Part shown: positions 62,596 through 64,000 of the stretch, one piece after another | Layout: each line of letters opens with the position of its first letter | Position numbering within the stretch: position 1 is the stretch's first letter | DNA from: a virus | Taxonomy: Duplodnaviria; Caudoviricetes | Virus record (IMG/VR): IMGVR_UViG_3300020414_001694 | Coordinates: 11,242 to 75,241 of that record | Strand: one strand, 5' to 3' | Length of the DNA stretch: 64,000 bases | The notes under the pieces: model-generated | Told to the model about the DNA's origin: nothing | Databases searched by the model: none | Seen by the model: only the letters and a program-made list of their open reading frames with translations | Program-made: the position numbers and the translations under genes

Positions 62596-62629
62596 GTTAT
62601 CTCCAAATTGCTACAAAATAAATAGTCTA

Positions 62630-64000
62630 CTATGCCAAACTTAACTTCATATCATCATCAAGCGCTTCGACGACTGCTCTTCCGAACTCCCTGTCATTAA
62701 TTTGAAGTATAACATCTCTGGTTCTTGGTTGTCCACCTGCTGTCTCTGGGGCAACAACAGATATTAATTTATCTATCGCATTTGAAACTGAGTTTGCTGT
62801 CTCCATCGCTGCAATTTTCGCTTGAACCATCACCATTCTATCCGCTTCGTCAATTAATTCTTCTAAATTGCCTATGTTCGCATCATCAATGCTATTGACT
62901 ACACTTATAAACTCTGTTATACCTCCCTGTTCTTTCACCGACTTCATAGAGTCTGCAAATGTCTTTGCTGAGTCTGCGAGTGCTCCGAAAGAAAGAGCAA
63001 GTAACCCGATTGACGCCGCTGCGAGAGCAGTTGGAACAATAGCGGCGAGAGCGCCGAGGGCGAGTACACCGAATGCGCCTGCGGTGAAATACATGCCGTT
63101 GGCGAGCGCAAAGAAACCCGTACCCATTTGAACAAGTCCCATAGTCAACTCTGGAATTTTCTCCAAGTTGTCGATTATGAGTGACATGAGTTTTGTAAAT
63201 GAGTTGACTAACATTGCAGCAGTGTAAGCGATGGCGGCGATGGATAGCGCTACTAAGGCAAAAATACCTACTGCCTTTGGTGGAATTGAACCAATTGCCC
63301 TCACCATTGCGGCGATGCCAGACCCTACTGCTGTCAACATAGGCACAATTGAGGAAGTTATCGCAGAGAACACGGACCTGATGCCAGATGCAAGTCCTCG
63401 AAACATCGAGCGCATGGCACCGCCGACACCTTCGCCAACTTTTCTAATACCTGTACCTACTTGCCTAAAAGTATTTAAAAGACCGTTTCCTTGTGTTTCT
63501 GCTCCTCTGAAAAACATTCTTAGTCCTATTCCTGCTAGTTTAAGTGCTCCGTACAACCCACCGAGCACCCCTACGGTAATAATAAGACCATTAACGAATG
63601 GTCCACCCTCTTTAAATGTATCATTAACGGCATCAAACATCTTCCTAAGACCAGTAGTAACAAATTTCAACACTGACACAATTGGTCCAACAAGTACTGC
63701 CATTTGTTGCATAATAATTCCAAAGTCCTGAGATACGGAAGTTGCTTGTTGTTGAATTTCATTCAACTCTTTCTGAGAAATTGCCATCATACCTGTTGAT
63801 TTTGCTTGTGCTCTTGCTTTTTCACTGAAAAGTGCTGATGCCTTTGCCATATCGCTGATGCCTGCCGCATTCGCAACTGCCATCTTTTCAAATTTAGACA
63901 TAGAATCAAAAGATTTACCAGACATCTGAATAGAATTTTGAAGCATCGCAATTCTTTGTGCTTCCGACTCTGCTGTCAAAAGTTCCATTGAATCTAAAAA
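62630..64000 (-). CDS. Tape measure protein, C-terminal part (extends beyond window)
   Basis: Long Ala/Gly-rich helical protein with hydrophobic segments; ends INDREFGRAVVE. Confidence 0.75.
   Translation of the reverse strand, partial: FLDSMELLTAESEAQRIAMLQNSIQMSGKSFDSMSKFEKMAVANAAGISDMAKASALFSEKARAQAKSTGMMAISQKELNEIQQQATSVSQDFGIIMQQMAVLVGPIVSVLKFVTTGLRKMFDAVNDTFKEGGPFVNGLIITVGVLGGLYGALKLAGIGLRMFFRGAETQGNGLLNTFRQVGTGIRKVGEGVGGAMRSMFRGLASGIRSVFSAITSSIVPMLTAVGSGIAAMVRAIGSIPPKAVGIFALVALSIAAIAYTAAMLVNSFTKLMSLIIDNLEKIPELTMGLVQMGTGFFALANGMYFTAGAFGVLALGALAAIVPTALAAASIGLLALSFGALADSAKTFADSMKSVKEQGGITEFISVVNSIDDANIGNLEELIDEADRMVMVQAKIAAMETANSVSNAIDKLISVVAPETAGGQPRTRDVILQINDREFGRAVVEALDDDMKLSLA

Larger units (their letters stand above)
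4536..62626. promoter_or_regulatory. Recurrent sense-strand motif WCTAHTTA (putative phage late promoter), about 15 sites
   Basis: Minus: 4536, 5371, 7000, 7197, 9692, 19204, 20768, 21539, 23931, 24460, 27574, 32916, 39454, 62619. Plus: 13867. Confidence 0.7.

Noticed and set aside
797-63731. Numerous plus-strand and alternate-frame ORFs in the track
   Set aside because: They overlap well-supported minus-strand genes, lack SDs and motifs, and read as antisense shadows; only 13882..14544 was kept
1-64000. Stop-codon reassignment
   Set aside because: Conserved genes are full length in code 11; TAA, TGA and TAG all end genes at expected positions; no suppressor tRNA
1-64000. Cellular chromosome origin
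   Set aside because: Housekeeping homologs are scattered among short orphans, lack their usual operon partners, and adjoin tape-measure, baseplate and gp32-like genes

Overview
This window is a 64-kb segment of a large, AT-rich tailed dsDNA phage genome, probably a myovirus. Every credible gene but one lies on the minus strand. Read in transcription order (right to left), it contains: (1) the end of a tail/baseplate module; (2) a replication and nucleotide block with a minimal PolA, a tubulin/FtsZ-like protein, gp32-like SSB, RecA, 5'-3' exonuclease, DnaB, NrdJ, GroES, ThyX, DnaE, dUTPase and a GuaC-like enzyme; (3) putative head-internal proteins, ClpP and GroEL; (4) an accessory block with glutaredoxin, a C39 lipoprotein, rhodanese, Hsp20, a CglF-like protein, a SpoT-type HD polyprotein, a HiPIP-like protein, IscU, an unannotated 10-Cys peptide and a VWA lipoprotein; (5) endolysin, UvsE, PurA, a J-domain protein, Smr, Dam plus a nuclease, four tRNAs, ClpP, SLT, IscA, GlmS and thymidine kinase; (6) an array of small 'MKVGDLV' SH3-like paralogs. 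Myxobacteria-type proteins suggest a Myxococcota/Bdellovibrionota-like host (inference). Strongest leads: an Fe-S locus (HiPIP-like protein, IscU, metallothionein-like peptide); gliding-motility look-alikes; a shared N-terminal motif on putative virion-packaged effectors, including an alarmone hydrolase; a second promoter class (WCTAHTTA); and the junction-coded paralog array. Family assignments come from motifs recognised by eye; no database searches were run.
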